This document shows positions 1 through 12,905 of a DNA stretch of 64,000 nt, in pieces. The stretch is taken from contig NIVC01002360.1 in NCBI GenBank assembly GCA_002269645.1, forward strand, positions 89,397 to 153,396, read 5' to 3'. Made by a program: the position numbers and the translations under genes. The stretch is from Macrostomum lignano. Its lineage: Eukaryota. Under the pieces are notes generated by a model. That model was not told the DNA's origin, did no database searches, and saw only the letters and a program-made list of their open reading frames with translations. The stretch's first letter is position 1. Each line of letters begins with the position of its first letter.

Positions 1-32
1 CTTGTTCCAGCATACTCCATCAGCATGTGCTT

Positions 33-2577
33 TTAGTTTTGGGCCTGTTGCCATGCTCTGAAGCAAAGCTCAGGGCACAAGCTTAGCTGCCCGTTGCAAG
101 CGGCGCAGAGAAGACAGTTCGCTTCTGCAGGCCAGCATTGCTGCGAATTCGACAGTGCTTTGTTGGGTGTCGCTGTGTGGCAGTAGCTGGCAAGCGCGTT
201 GGCAGATGCAGCGCAGCAGCAACATTTTGCTCGAGTTGCTTCTTCTTCTTTTCTTCCACCGCCCCACAACGCTGCCGCTGGCAGCTGGGGGAAGGGCGCT
301 CAGAGGCGCCCCAACCTGCGAAGGAGGGCGAGAAGGCGCTCCGGGTCGTCGCGGATGTCCCTCTCGTCCTCAGTGCTCGCCCGAAGGGCGTCGCCGCGTG
401 GGCATTCAAGGATGATATGCTCCTCCGTGTCGGGCGCCCCGCAGTCGGGACAGCTGGCGTTCTCAGTCAGGCCGACCCGGTGACGTGTGGCCCCGGCCAA
501 GGTGGAGCACCCGGCTCTGAGTTGGTTAATCGCCACCGTTTCTTTCCTGGTCAGGTGTCGTGGTGGTCGTTGCCATGCAGGGGCGTCCAAGCAGTTCCTG
601 GTCGCGGGCGGACCGCGTGCGTCGGATGGCGGCCTTGGCGGTCTGCAGCGTAATGGGTTCGTCCTGCTGTTGGCCGCGTCTAGCTTCGTTGGCGCAGCGG
701 TCTGCTTGCTCATTGCCCGGGACGTCGCAGTGGGCCGGGACCCAGACGAAGTCGCACGGGCGCGACATGTGGGCCAGTACCTCCCAGCAGCGGCTTCCGG
801 CGGCGGTGTCCTGCCTACTGGGGCCGCTCTGGAGGGCCGTGAGTGCTGATTTGGAGTCGCTGAGGATCCGCACTGTAAGGCCGTGCTCTGGCGGGAGTTG
901 AATAATATTGTCGAGGGCGGCGCTGATCGCGACCATCTCCGCCTGGAAGCTGCATGCGATCCGGCCGGCCGATGCATCCGGGGCATCCACGATGCATGGG
1001 GTGCCGCGGTGGTCTGTACCCGCCTCTGGTGCCAAAAGATCACCGCTCGAGTTGCTGCTGCTGCAGCGGGAGCCATCCACCTCGCAAGCGCCCAACGCCG
1101 GTATCGCAGACTAAAATTCGCTGACATGCTTCTAAATAATGCAAGAACGTGCGGGAACCGCCAATGTGCTTACAGGCAATAAAGGAGTTGAGAACAAGTT
1201 GCAGCAAGAGATAGGAGGCCAGCTTGAAAAACCACTTCTGCGTTCTTCTACTTGTCTTGTAGGACTCACAACTAGCGTCCATCCTGTCCACTCCTCCCAT
1301 GCTTTGGTTGTAGTCTAGAGCTGTCTGAGACTTCAACAGTTGCTGCTCCTGACCGCCTCGCTGAACCCTTGTAACTTGCATACAGTTGGCCGAGCCGGCA
1401 CTGTCTGGCATGTACACGGTCTTTAGGCCAGAGGCTCGCCGATCCACAATCTTCACAGCAAGCAGATCCCCACGCCTAGAAAAGGCGTTGGATGGTGGGT
1501 GCAACACCTGCTGCTTCAGAGCCGCGGGAACGCCGCGTTGTGCTCGCACTGTGCCTGTCAACAGAGTGTCTGTCTGGAGCAACCAGTCAGCGAGCCGTGC
1601 CGAGCAAAACTAGGTGTCACAAAAGATCCTGTACCCGAGGTCCAAGATATCCCGAGACAGTTCTACGACGATGCGTTTCGAGAGCGACAGCTGCTGCGCA
1701 TCCTGGCCGAACAGGTTGTTTTGGGCCGCAGTGGAGTGGATCAGAAAGTTCCACAAATAGCCGCTGTTCGATTCGGCTAGACAATACAGCTTGATGCCGA
1801 GCTTTGCCTTTTTGTTGGGCATGTACTGAAGAAAGTGGAGCCTACCTTTGTAAAATAGCAATGACTCGTCAACAGAAATATGTTGATGTGGCATGTACTT
1901 ATTTTGACAGATGGACTGGACTTTGTTCAAAAAAGGTCTGATCTTGCAAAGCGGATCAGCTTCGTTCACATCCGTGCAATCGTAGCAGCGAAACCAGGTC
2001 ATGGTGAGCTGAAACCTGTTACGCGACAGACATGACTCATGGTGGAAGAAGTCCTGATGAGGCTAATATCGGTTGACCAATACATGCTAATAACTGGCTT
2101 CTGCACTACTCCCATGTGCAGCAGAATTCCGATAAACTTCTTCATTTCATTCAAGTTGCATGGCTTCCAATTTAGGAGCTTCCATGGCAGCTCTCCGTTT
2201 TCTTGTTGAATTTGCGTGACAGCTCTGTCTGATCTGGCGTTTGTCCAGTCGCACAAACTTTGCAGCAGACTGTCGGGAAGAAACTGACCAAGGATGGCAG
2301 CCACACCATTTTCGATGTTGTCCGGCACAAGAAAATCCGGATGCAGACCAGGCAAGCCGAGAAACTCGGGAAGTGGGTTGGGCCGATGATCCGTTTCCGG
2401 AGTGGTATCATGCCAGTTATCTTCGATGTTGTCTGGCGGATTCACAATCTGGACCTCCTCAAGGTCACTCTGCTCATCAGAGGAGCCTCCACTGGTACCA
2501 GATGCAGTCACGTATGATTCGTCATCTGAGTCGCTATCCAAGCCCAAATTTTGAAGGGTTGGATTGCCAGTTTGCAT
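33..2577 (-). pseudogene. Decayed piggyBac (PGBD4-like) transposase, frameshifted and split by a LINE insertion at 241-1044
   Basis: ORF pieces 1999-2577, 1610-2002 and 1040-1582 give WxPxxxxEMKKFIGILLHMG, HISVDESLLFYKGR, LGIKLYCLAES and YNQSMGGVDRMD. After removing the LINE the frame continues into HLPTRLPAT..PTKHCRI and, after a frameshift, CAACNGQLSLCPELCFRAWQ (C-terminal Cys-rich domain). Element termini not found. Confidence 0.9.
241..1044 (-). mobile_element. 5'-truncated RNase H-bearing non-LTR retrotransposon (I/Ingi-like) inserted in the piggyBac ORF
   Basis: RNase H motifs AEMVAI, ILSDSKSAL and WVPAHCDVPGNEQAD, then (frameshift) QLRAG..CPDCGAPDTEEHIILEC. (GAA)n tail at 241-256. 12-bp TSD GCTCGAGTTGCT at 229-240 and 1045-1056. 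Confidence 0.92.
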
Positions 2578-5500
2578 TGTAGAATATAGTTTGAAAAATT
2601 ATATTTGTGGAATATTGATGAAAAATATTTTTGATTGGTTTATCCTCATTTCACAGGAAGAGAACATATATGCAATACTGTATTGCATTCATCCCTTTGA
2701 AAACCCAAATCTTATTGTCTATGGCAATCACTTACGTAGAAATTTCTATGCTTGCAATACTTTGTGTCATCTCTTTACACTACGCATAATAAATGAGATG
2801 GATATACGAAGCAATATCTGTTTATGGCAAAAAAGTGACTTCGGTTTGTCTATGTAAAGCTCTCACACCAGTCCTTGGCTGCTTCTGGAAGCATGGCTGG
2901 TAGCTATTTTTAGCTGGCTCTGACTCGATCTGCTGGCCATAGACAGCGGGTGTAGTTAGAATTATATTGTGTCTAGATTTCGCAGGCCACATCACGGGCC
3001 GAAATGAAGATATGTGAGCCTAGTCTATGGCCAAACTTTTGCCAGAACGATTGAGTATAACATATGTACTCGTAATTAACGTATACTTAAAAGTTGTATC
3101 AAATAACCATTAAATGTATCAATAATTGTCACATACATTGCTAGCAAAATTCATTGTCCGTTACAGGTTCACATCTTGCTTCCATTCACCGCTTGTCTCC
3201 TACAAGAAGAAGCTAATTTTAGCTCCATCCTTCTCCAGAGTAGCTATTGGGTTGCGCGACGGGCCAGGCTCATTGTACTCCGTCTGGCGGTGCTCCATTG
3301 AAACCACCTTCGACATCTTCGACTCTGAGTGCAATGCTTCCGTGATACTGCGAGAAACCTGGATCTTTCTCTTCTCAGAGATGCGCTTGGTGTATCGATT
3401 GACGGATTCATCGCGGCGATGACCTACAAAAAATCGGTTTCTTTAGAGTGATGCTATAATCTATAACTTAGCACACTACAAAAACAACTGAACACTGACC
3501 TGTTACAGCCTTGATTTCATCCATAGAGTGTCAAGTCCGGAGTCTAGATATCTCCAGTCGCAATTCTTGACAAATTGATCATTTTTCTCTAGCTCAGCAG
3601 GTTGACAAAAAACGAAGCTAAATTCAGAATGAAAAGAATTCTGATATCCACTACTTAACTGCAGTCAGACTCTGGTTGATTTTATCTATGGTTAAAATGT
3701 GGGGGCGAAGCCCCCCACCCCAGTTTTTGCACTCAGCCACGCTCCGGGCAGAGACAGCGATTCGGCTCGGGATTATAGTCTATGGTAAAGATGGTATATC
3801 GAAAACTGCATACTTTGCTTAGCCGTGCATCTAGGAGCGGGCCGAAAGGAAGTGATGCGGCCCGCGAAGTATGACCCAATAGAAATATGTCTATGCTTCC
3901 TCGGGCCGAGACGGCACATTGTCGTTTGACCACAGCGTGCAGGAATGATTTTTTCGATTTATTATCGTGCAGGAATGTCTGTGTCTATGGTAGAAATCAC
4001 TTGACATACGTTAGCTTATCGTGCAGGAATGACTTCATTCCTGCACGATTTAACAGTTTTTTTAGAAGCAACTGAATATGTAATCAATAACAATATGGAA
4101 GAACAAAAAGGATAATAAGTGGAACTAGGGAAACAGTTAATGAGTCTATAGACCTACTCACACCCCTCTCGGCATTTACTCGAAAATAAACTGCACAACA
4201 TTCGTTTCGCCGTTTGCCAAAATCTTCATCCGCTTAGTGGGGGCTGCTACAAGTGTGGTGGTCGATTCTTCAACAACCAGTGACTTCTTGACAGTTGACA
4301 TTGACGCTGATCCGCACGGGTCGGTAGTCGCAACAGCCCTTGTAGGAGCGTCGCTCAGGGCGCACGGTCGGTAGTTGTAACAGCCCTTGCAGGAGCTTCG
4401 CTCAATGTAGAACTTGGTGCCGGCATAGTTCCAGCTAGAGCGACTGTCAGCTGATCACTCATCCCTGCCATGATCGAGTCCCTCTTCTTGCCTCTCCGGA
4501 TGTATCGTTCTACCGACGCGCTATTCTGTGAATAGAGGTGGTGTTTAATAAATTCCTTGTCCATGTGTCAATAAACTTACTAAGAATAAAGAATTGCTCG
4601 CCTTGTGACCTGTCACCTTCGCAATTTTTTCGACAGAAAAGCCAGCTTCATGCAGCTCCGTAACAACTGTAGGTCGCACACAATGCTGAACACACTTTCA
4701 ATAAACATTTCGTCGCCACTTAATCCAGACACCGTAGCGTAGCGAAAATCAATTTATGGAGGATTCAGAGCCGATTCGATTACAGACGCCATAGTCAATA
4801 AGCTTTATACACTTTTATATAAACTCTCCACTCAATTTTCATCTCTTCTTAACGTTTCTCGAAAACCGTGCAGGAATGACTTTGTCTATGGTCAAAAGAC
4901 AATGATTTTCCTACACGCAAACTCGTGCGTCTATGGCAAAATGCACTCGTGCGCTTCGCGCACTCGTGCTTTTGCCATTGACGCACTCGTTTTCGTGCAG
5001 GAATATTACAATCCTCGGGCTGCTGCAAGCAGAAGCTTGCAAGCAACTTCGACCGATATTTTCACCCCATCACACTACTTCCTACTGATGCCTATTAATG
5101 TTTCCATTTTTTACAGCAAGTTATGGGAGGGAGTGGGGGTGAAATAAATTTCTAGCAGAAGTTTTCAGCTTTTAAATCAATGGCAGCAGAGCTGCTACGG
5201 GAGGCTACGGGGTTGAGCAAAAATAGACGCGGGAGGCTAATGGTTTTAAGCCAGCTCAATTGATAATCGCGTATCTTTAAGCGACGCCACGGACTTGATC
5301 TGCTCGTTCAACAACCGCACAGGTTGAGAATCATGTTCGGTAGTCGAGAACCTGCCCATCAGATAGAGATTAATTCAGCAGTTCAGGGATTAGTATTATG
5401 ACGACACATTCGATCTAATCCTAATCCTAATCCTAAGCTGCTTCATCAACAAGCTTGTTGATGAATGGCCTCCGTTATCTTGGCATGGCAGCGGATTTGA

Positions 5501-5967
5501 GCCGGTTTGCGGTTGTGCGAGTAAATAATTTTTCATGACGTGTATCTGTTGACATCCTGGCTTAAGCATAAAATCTTGATCATTTTCTTGGGAGAAAGTT
5601 TCGAAGATAGGTAATTTTTCAGTCTTTTCCGCACAAAAATTTGAATTTTGAGCATATCAATTGAAATTAAAGCCCAGCTGCGCGAGTTTAATGTTGGGAT
5701 GACTACTAGATATGCCGCTTCATTTTATCTACGAGTAAAACGTTTTTTGCCCCCATCCGACAATAAGCTCGTAGCTAGTGTATTTTCAGGTATTAAACTG
5801 TGCTAATAATTCAGACTCTCTGGTGGGTTGCTGCTGTGGTTTAGCGGTTGTGAAATTTTGCGTTTGTGAAAGCAACCCATCTCTGTCAAGTCCTTGGAGA
5901 TCAACTATGAAGCAACGTGACTACATGTACTCATACCTTCCTCGGTAACAAGAATCTGCTTGCCTTC

Positions 5968-6790
5968 TAGTCCTTTAGTGATTTAGTATTTTAATCCCGG
6001 TGTTTTAGTCCTTTAGTGTTTTAGTATTTTAATGCCGATGTTTTAGTCCTTTAGTGCTTTAGTATTTTAATCCCGGTGTTTTAGTCCTTTAGTGTTTTAG
6101 TATTTTAATGCCGATGTTTTAGTCCTTTAGTGCTTTAGTATTTTAATCCCGGTGTTTTAGTCCTTTAGTGCTTTAGTATTTTAATGCCGATGTTTTAGTC
6201 CTTTAGTGCTTTAGTATTTTAATGCCGGTGTTTTAGTCCTTTAGTGCCGGTTTTCTAGTCCTTTAGTGCCTGTGTTTAAGTATTTAATGCCGGTGTTTTA
6301 GTCCTTTAGTGCCGGTTTTCTAGTCCTTTAGTGCCGGTGTTTAAGTATTTAGTGCCGATTTTCTAGTCCTTTAGTGCTTGTGTCTTAGTCCTTTAGTGCC
6401 TGTGTTTTAGTCCTTTAGTGCTTGTGTCTTAGTCCTTTAGTGCCTGTGTTTTAGTCCTTTAGTGCTTGTGTCTTAGTCCTTTAGTGCTTGTGTCTTAGTC
6501 CTTTAGTGCCTGTGTTATAGTCCTTTGGTGCCTGTGTTTTAGTCCTTTAGTGCCTGTGTTTTAGTCCTTTAGTGCTTGTGTCTTAGTCCTTTAGTGCCTG
6601 TGTTTTAGTCCTTTAGTGCTTGTGTCTTAGTCCTTTAGTGCCTGTGTTTTAGTCCTTTAGTGCTTGTGTCTTAGTCCTTTAGTGCCTGTGTTTTAGTCCT
6701 TTAGTGCTTGTGTCTTAGTCCTTTAGTGCCGGCGTTTTAGTCCTTTAGTGCCTGTGTTTTAGTGTTTTTGTGTTGTAGTGTTTCCTTTAG
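5968..6790. repeat. Minisatellite with core TTAGTCCTTTAGTG; longer units at the left, ~22-bp units at the right
   Basis: Direct tandem repetition visible. Confidence 0.95.
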
Positions 6791-7404
6791 TACTTGAAGA
6801 CTTGGAAGTACCCAGAAGTACCCAATCTCACTAATGCACTTCGCAACTTTCACGGGTATTTCAGTAAAATTTGCACGAACTTCGAGTGCAGCGCCCTTTC
6901 ACTCTGCTTGAGGAGGCTATGTTTCGAGCACGTGATGCGTCGGGCCCCCGAAGCCCTTGAAGAAGAAAAAGCACACTCGAGAAGCTCGGACCGACACAAC
7001 AGAAGGGGCAAAGATGCGGTTGTTCATTTTCTGTCCTTCATTCGACGAACCCAATGCACTGATCACAGTTATTATGTCACTTTTATTGATGGCCTGACGG
7101 TAAGGAATTGGACGCTCCGCCCCCTCCCCAAGTGGTAATTAGCACCCTTTGGAAGCCTTTAAATAGCTTTAAACAACATCCGAATGTCGTAAACTTTCTA
7201 CAGATTCTTCGTCTTTTCGTAATAATAAATAGGATTGAATACTTCTGTCATTGCGAGGTCAGCTTTTCCTGTTCTATCAGAGTGCGACCAGTGGCCGGGT
7301 GCAGCTACCGTCCTTCATGTTCTCTTGTAGCTTCTTCGCTGCGTCCCGATGTAGCACTCATACTTCATTGCACGATTCTCCACAATGTCTACCTTCCTAC
7401 TATA

Positions 7405-7925
7405 GCTGGTGTGGAAGCCAGTTAGTAAGCTGCATGGTGCGGAAGCTGGTGTGGAAGCTGGTGGGAAAGCTGGTGTGAAAGCCAGTCATGAAGCTGGTGT
7501 GGAAGCTGGTGTGGAAGCCAGTCAGGAAGCTGGTGCCGAAACTGGTGTGGAAGCTGGTCAGGAAGCTGATGTGGAAGCTGGTCAAGAAGCTGGTCAGGAA
7601 GCTGGTGTGGAAGCTGGTGTGGAAGCCAGTCAGGAAGCTTGTGTGGAAGCTGGCGTGAAAGCCAGTTAGGAAGCTGGTGCCGAAACTGGTGTGGAAGCTG
7701 GTCAGGAAGCTGATGTGGAAGCTGGTCAAGAAGCTGGTCAGGAAGCTGGTGTGGAAGTTGGTCAGGAAGCTGGTGTGAAAGCTTGTGTAAAAGCCAGTCA
7801 TGAAGCTGGTGTGGAAGCCAGTCAGGAAGCTGGTGTGGAAGCTGGTGTGGAAGCTGGTGTGAAAGCCAGTCAGAAAGCCAGTCAGAAAGCTGGTCAGGAA
7901 GCTGGTCAGGAAGCTGGTGTGAAGG
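7405..7925. repeat. 12-bp minisatellite (GAAGCTGGTGTG / GAAGCCAGTCAG variants)
   Basis: Tandem repeats; explains the spurious ORFs between 7400 and 7993. Confidence 0.95.
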
Positions 7926-8145
7926 TCAGCTCGCATATCCAGCAATCCCAGTCGAATTCTGAGTCTTCATTGGAGTGCCGAGTGCCGAACTGATCGGCCA
8001 TTGGTCGGCAGAAATTCCTTCAACCCTTGCCCAATTCCCCAAAAAGCCAAGGCAGAGCCGATGGGCAAGGAAAAAGTCACGCGAAGAGAGGAGCTTAAAT
8101 TAGCCTGCCGCAGAAAGATCCAGCAACGCAACTGCACCGGCTCCG

Positions 8146-11100
8146 ATGATGGAGTCGAACTCGAGCCTGTCGGGCGGAGCTGCGCTGCACAGCCAGGCCA
8201 TGAGCAGCGGCAAGGTGGCCGCCACGGCTGTCTACCTGCTGATTGTGGCCGTCGGCCTGTTCGGAAACAGCCTGGTGATCATCACGGTGCTCATCGATCG
8301 GCGAATGCGGGCGAGCGTCACCAATCTGTACATTCTGAACCTGGCTGCCGCCGACCTGTTGTCCCTGCTGCTGGCGGTCTGGCAGATTGTGCTGCACCTC
8401 CTGTCCGAGGAGTGGCTGCTGGGGCTGGCGCTGTGCAAGGCGCAGCGGTTCGCCATGACAACAGCACTGTATGCCTCTGTCATCACTCTCACCATCGTCT
8501 GTGTGGAGCGGTGAGTTTGTAGGGGAGCTTTAACTCAAGCAGTAATGCTATTTCTATGACCCATGTGCCCTCACACAGGCACATGCTCACAGGGGGTACA
8601 GCGCCCTGATGTTCTCATTATACAATCTATGTGCCTTGGTGGTTGGCCTTCGTGTGCGTGAATCTATTAGCTTGCACAGCAGTCCCTGACAGCAGTCCCT
8701 GACAGCAGTCCCTGACAGCAGTCCCTGACAGCAGTCCCTGACAGCAGCCAGTCCCTGACAGAAATCCCTGACAGCAGTCCCTGACAGCAGTCTCTGACAG
8801 CAGTCCCTGACAGCAGTCCCTGACAACAGTCTCTGACAGCAGTCCCTGACAGCAGTCCCTGACAGCAGTCCCTGACAGCAGTCCCTGACAGCAGCCAGTC
8901 CCTGAGAGCAATCTTTGACAGCAGTCCCTGACAGCAGTCTCTGACAGCAGTCCCTGACAGCAGCCAGTCCCTGAGAGCAATCTTTGACAGCAGTCTCTGA
9001 CAGCAGTCCCTGACAGCAGTCCCTGACAGCAGTCCCTGACAGCAGTCCCTGACAACAGTCCCTGACAGCAGTCCCTGACAGCAGTCCCTGACAGCAGTCC
9101 CTGACAGCAGTCCCTGACAGCAGTCCCTGACAGCAGTCCCTGACAGCAGTCCCTGACAGCAGCCAGTCCCTGGCAGAAATCCCTGACAGCAGTCCCTGAC
9201 AGCAGTCTCTGACAGCAGTCCCTGACAGCAGTCCCTGACAACAGTCTCTGACAGCAGTCCCTGACAGCAGTCCCTGACAGCAGTCCCTGACAGCAGTCCC
9301 TGACAGCAGCCAGTCCCTGAGAGCAATCTCTGACAGCAGTCCCTGACAGCAGTCCCTGACAGCGGTCCCTGACAGCAGTCCCTGACAGCAGTCCCTGACA
9401 GCAGTTGGCCTACAACAGCCAGTGAAGGCCATTTAAATCCGGAAGCTTCAGATAAGGAAGCGGGGTTCGCACCTCGGTGGCACCTGACGGATTTGACGGA
9501 TTCGGGTGAACCGGAAGCGACGCCCTGGATTAACTATAGTCCCAGCTTTTCTGCAAGCGCCGCAGTCAGCTCTGGACCGACAAGCTTAAGTCGGACAGGT
9601 CAATTCAGCAAATTGATTCTGTGTTGCAGCTAGAATCGCCAGTCAATAATTCATCAGCCTGATGGCTTCCTCTGCAGCCTCCCCTGCGCTGCCCCATCGG
9701 CTGATAAAAAACACAGCGGCTCCGCTCCCGCTCGGCAACCGAGATCGAACAGATTCTTTTGATATCCTTGAAGCTTTCCCAGTTCAGAATAAAAAAGGCC
9801 TAAGATATGCGCTCCGACCGTAGCTCGTACATCATGTCACGGAGTTCTTAGAAGGCCTTCTCCAGTGTCTCATCTGGCCTCATCTGGTCGAATCATCTAA
9901 GACTCATTTAAAACTCAGTCCAACATTCATTGCTACATGCATTGACGTTTGATCTGAGCTGCCGAAAAAGCCTTGCAAGAAGCCAGAGCTTCAAGAAAAC
10001 GAGGAACAATCTCGCAATGTCCCCTTCCCGACCGAGAAAAGTTTAAGAAGACGAGTAGAAATCGGAGCTCCGGCTTTTCTCCGCCAAAATCTCACAGTCC
10101 CTGGGAGAAGTTCGGGATTTGAAATTCGAGCGGAGCCAGCAGAGACCATCAGGAAGTTGAAATCTTACAGGGCCAGGCCAGAACCCTCCTCTATCTGGCG
10201 GATTCTGGCGGCAGTTCGCCAATCCATTAGTCAGGCTCCGAAGTCTCCGGAAAATGGGGCTCCCTACGCTCAGGAACTTGTTTTCAGCTGAGTAGTACTC
10301 GAAGGAGTTGAGGAACATCTCCCCAGAACAATGCTCTCAAAATGAATATGGGAATCAGTGTAGAGCGTAAATCATTGAGTATGAGTATGGGCAGTTTATC
10401 AATTATTTAGAGAATTCAGGCAATCGAGTTGAGTCATTGGTGCAGAATCCTTACTTGAGAATAGATATGTATTTATGCTTCGGCTTTGGGGAAAAAGGAA
10501 AAGGAGGGCCGCAGAAGTCCCATTAGGCAGCCAAGCAGATCCCACGCACCAGACTGGCGGAGATTCTGTGCTGCAGAAAGGGTGGGTTGGGAGTCACGAG
10601 GACGAACTGTCAGCTCTGCTTGAGCTGGCGGAAGCAGAGCGCTGACAGACTGGGGGCTTTCTGTCTTCAGCAAAAGTGGCAACGGATGTCCTGGGTTTTC
10701 TTTTCCTTTCGTTTCCTGGAACTTTTAGAAAATTCAAGTTTGCTGACAGATTCTGTTAAACATTGTTTAGCTATTTCTCTGTAGCAGTTGAGTGTCATTA
10801 TTAAAATAGATAAGAAAAAGTCCTACGAAAATAAGCGTGATCTCGATCTAGGCAACGATGGGTGGGGTGTCAGTGACACAGCAAGTGACCAGTGTGGGGT
10901 ATCAGTGACACAACAAGTGACCAGTGTGGGGTATCAGTGACCCAGCAAGTGACCGGTGTGGGGTGTCAGTGACACAGCAAGTGACCAGTGTGGGGTGTCA
11001 GTGACACAGCAAGTGACCAGTGTGGGGTGTCAGTGACACAGCAAGTGACCAGTGTGGGGTATCAGTGACACAACAAGTGACCAGTGTGGGGTATCAGTGA

Positions 11101-12554
11101 CCCAGCAAGTGACCGGTGTGGGGTATCAGTGACCCAGCAAGTGACCAGTGTGGGGTGTCAGTGACACAGCAAGTGACCGGTGTGGGGTATCAGTGACACA
11201 GCAAGTGACCAGTGTGGGGTGTCAGTGACACAGCAAGTGACCGGTGTGGGGTATCAGTGACACAGCAAGTGACCAGTGTGGGGTGTCAGTGACACAGCAA
11301 GTGACCAGTGTGGGGTATCAGTGACCCAGCAAGTGACCAGTGTGGGGTGTCAGTGACACAGCAAGTGACCAGTGTGGGGTATCAGTGACCCAGCAAGTGA
11401 CCAGTGTGGGGTATCAGTGACCCAGCAAGTGACCAGTGTGGGGTATCAGTGACCCAGCAAGTGACCAGTGTGGGGTATCAGTGACCCAGCAAGTGACCGG
11501 TGTGGGGAGTCAGTGACACAACAAGTGACCGGTGTGGGGAGTCAGTGACACAGCAAGTGACCGGTGTGGGGTGTCAGTGACACAGCAAGTGACCGGTGTG
11601 GGGTGTCAGTGACACAGCAAGTGACCGGTGTGGGGTGTCAGTGACACAGCAAGTGACCGGTGTGGGGTGTCAGTGACACAGCAAGTGACCGGTGTGGGGT
11701 GTCAGAGGCGGTGTCAGCCAGTACAAGCAGGTCCGGCCCACCGCACCCGCAGCTACGTGGCCATCGTGCACCCGATGCGCGCCCACCTGCTGTTCTCCCG
11801 CCGCCGCGCCCTGCTGAGCATCCTGGCCTGCTGGCTGCTCGGCCTCGCCCTGGCCAGCCAGAGCCTCGCCTTCCTCGCCGTGGTGCCGCAGTCGCCGGGC
11901 GGCCGGCTGCGCTGCTTCGCCAAGTACGGCGCCACCAGGCAGGAGCACGAGGCCGCGATGAAGTGGGTCGGCGCCGCCGAGATCTGCCTTTTCTACTTCC
12001 TGCCGCTGGGCCTGCAGATCGTGCTGTACAGGCGGATGACCCTCGCCCTGTTCGGCGGCGGCGGCGGCGGTCAGGGCGGCGGGCCTGGCCGAGACCAGAG
12101 CCAGCCGAGGAAAAACAACGAAGCGAGCAGCACGGCCGGGCGCAAGCAGGTGGTGAAGATGCTGATCGCCTGCGTTGCCGTATACTTTGTGTGCTACCTG
12201 TCCAAGCTGCTGGAGGTCCTGTTCAACATCATCGACTTCCATCCCATCCGGCGGGACAGCGCCCAGGTGATCACCATGGCGATGGTGTACGCCAATTCCG
12301 CTGTGAACCCGCTGCTGTACACCGTGTTCAGCAGCAACTTCCGGCACCAGTTCCGGCTGACGTTTCGGCGCTGCTTCGGCCGGAAAAGCGGCGACGGAGG
12401 TGCCGCAGCTCTGGGAGGGCCCGGAAGGCGGTTCGACAGCCTGGCCAGCAACAGAGGCGCCGGGATGCTGCAGCAGCAGCCGCAGCCGCAGAAGGCTTCG
12501 CTCAAGACTGAGGCTGCCGATCCCAGCATTCCAATGCTGCCTGTGGAGCCATGA
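8146..12554 (+). CDS. Class A (rhodopsin-like) GPCR, neuropeptide-receptor-like; exons 8146-8510 and 11753-12554
   Basis: TM1 GN, TM2 LAAAD; the ERY motif is rebuilt across a phase-2 GT-AG intron (GAG CG|gtgag ... cgcag|C TAC); TM7 NSAVNPLLY. Confidence 0.93.
8675..9404. repeat. 13-bp minisatellite CAGCAGTCCCTGA in the GPCR intron
   Basis: Tandem repeats. Confidence 0.95.
10861..11704. repeat. 32-bp minisatellite GTGTGGGGTGTCAGTGACACAGCAAGTGACCA ending ~50 bp before the GPCR exon 2 acceptor
   Basis: Tandem repeats. Confidence 0.95.
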
Positions 12555-12687
12555 GTTACTTGGCTCTGGCAAGCTGAGGATGAGGAGAAAAGGATATTTC
12601 TAGTTTTTACTCACAACTCAATGAACTTCAATTATGCGACTTTGTTACTCACTAAATTCTGCGACTCATCCTATTCAATGCCTCGTC

Positions 12688-12905
12688 TGATTCTAGGCCT
12701 CACATGATTCTATGACTCATACGATTCTGTGACTCATCTGATTCTAGGCCCCACATGATTCTATGACTCATACGATTCTGTGACTCATCTGATTCTAGGC
12801 CCCACATGATTCTATGACTCATACGATTCTGTGACTCATCTGATTCTAGGCCCCACATGATTCTATGACTCATACGATTCTGTGACTCATCTGATTCTAT
12901 GACTC
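12688..12905. repeat. ~51-bp tandem repeat built from TGATTCT/GACTCA sub-units
   Basis: About four tandem copies downstream of the GPCR stop. Confidence 0.9.

Noticed and set aside
3126-4564. Possible two-exon accessory gene upstream of the piggyBac (4564-~4180 and ~3424-3190, minus strand)
   Set aside because: Splice phases do not match, a frameshift is needed, and no domain was recognised.
7400-9432. Long periodic ORFs (FLTS/EAGV and AVRDCCQGLLSGT repeats)
   Set aside because: Translations of 12- and 13-bp minisatellites in several frames; not genes. The same applies to the ORFs at 45298-45795, 46835-47104, 49875-50820, 51188-52373, 52808-53648 and 54548-55599.
10861-11704. Regular ~32-bp repeats resembling a CRISPR array
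   Set aside because: No unique spacers; head-to-tail minisatellite inside a eukaryotic intron; no cas genes.
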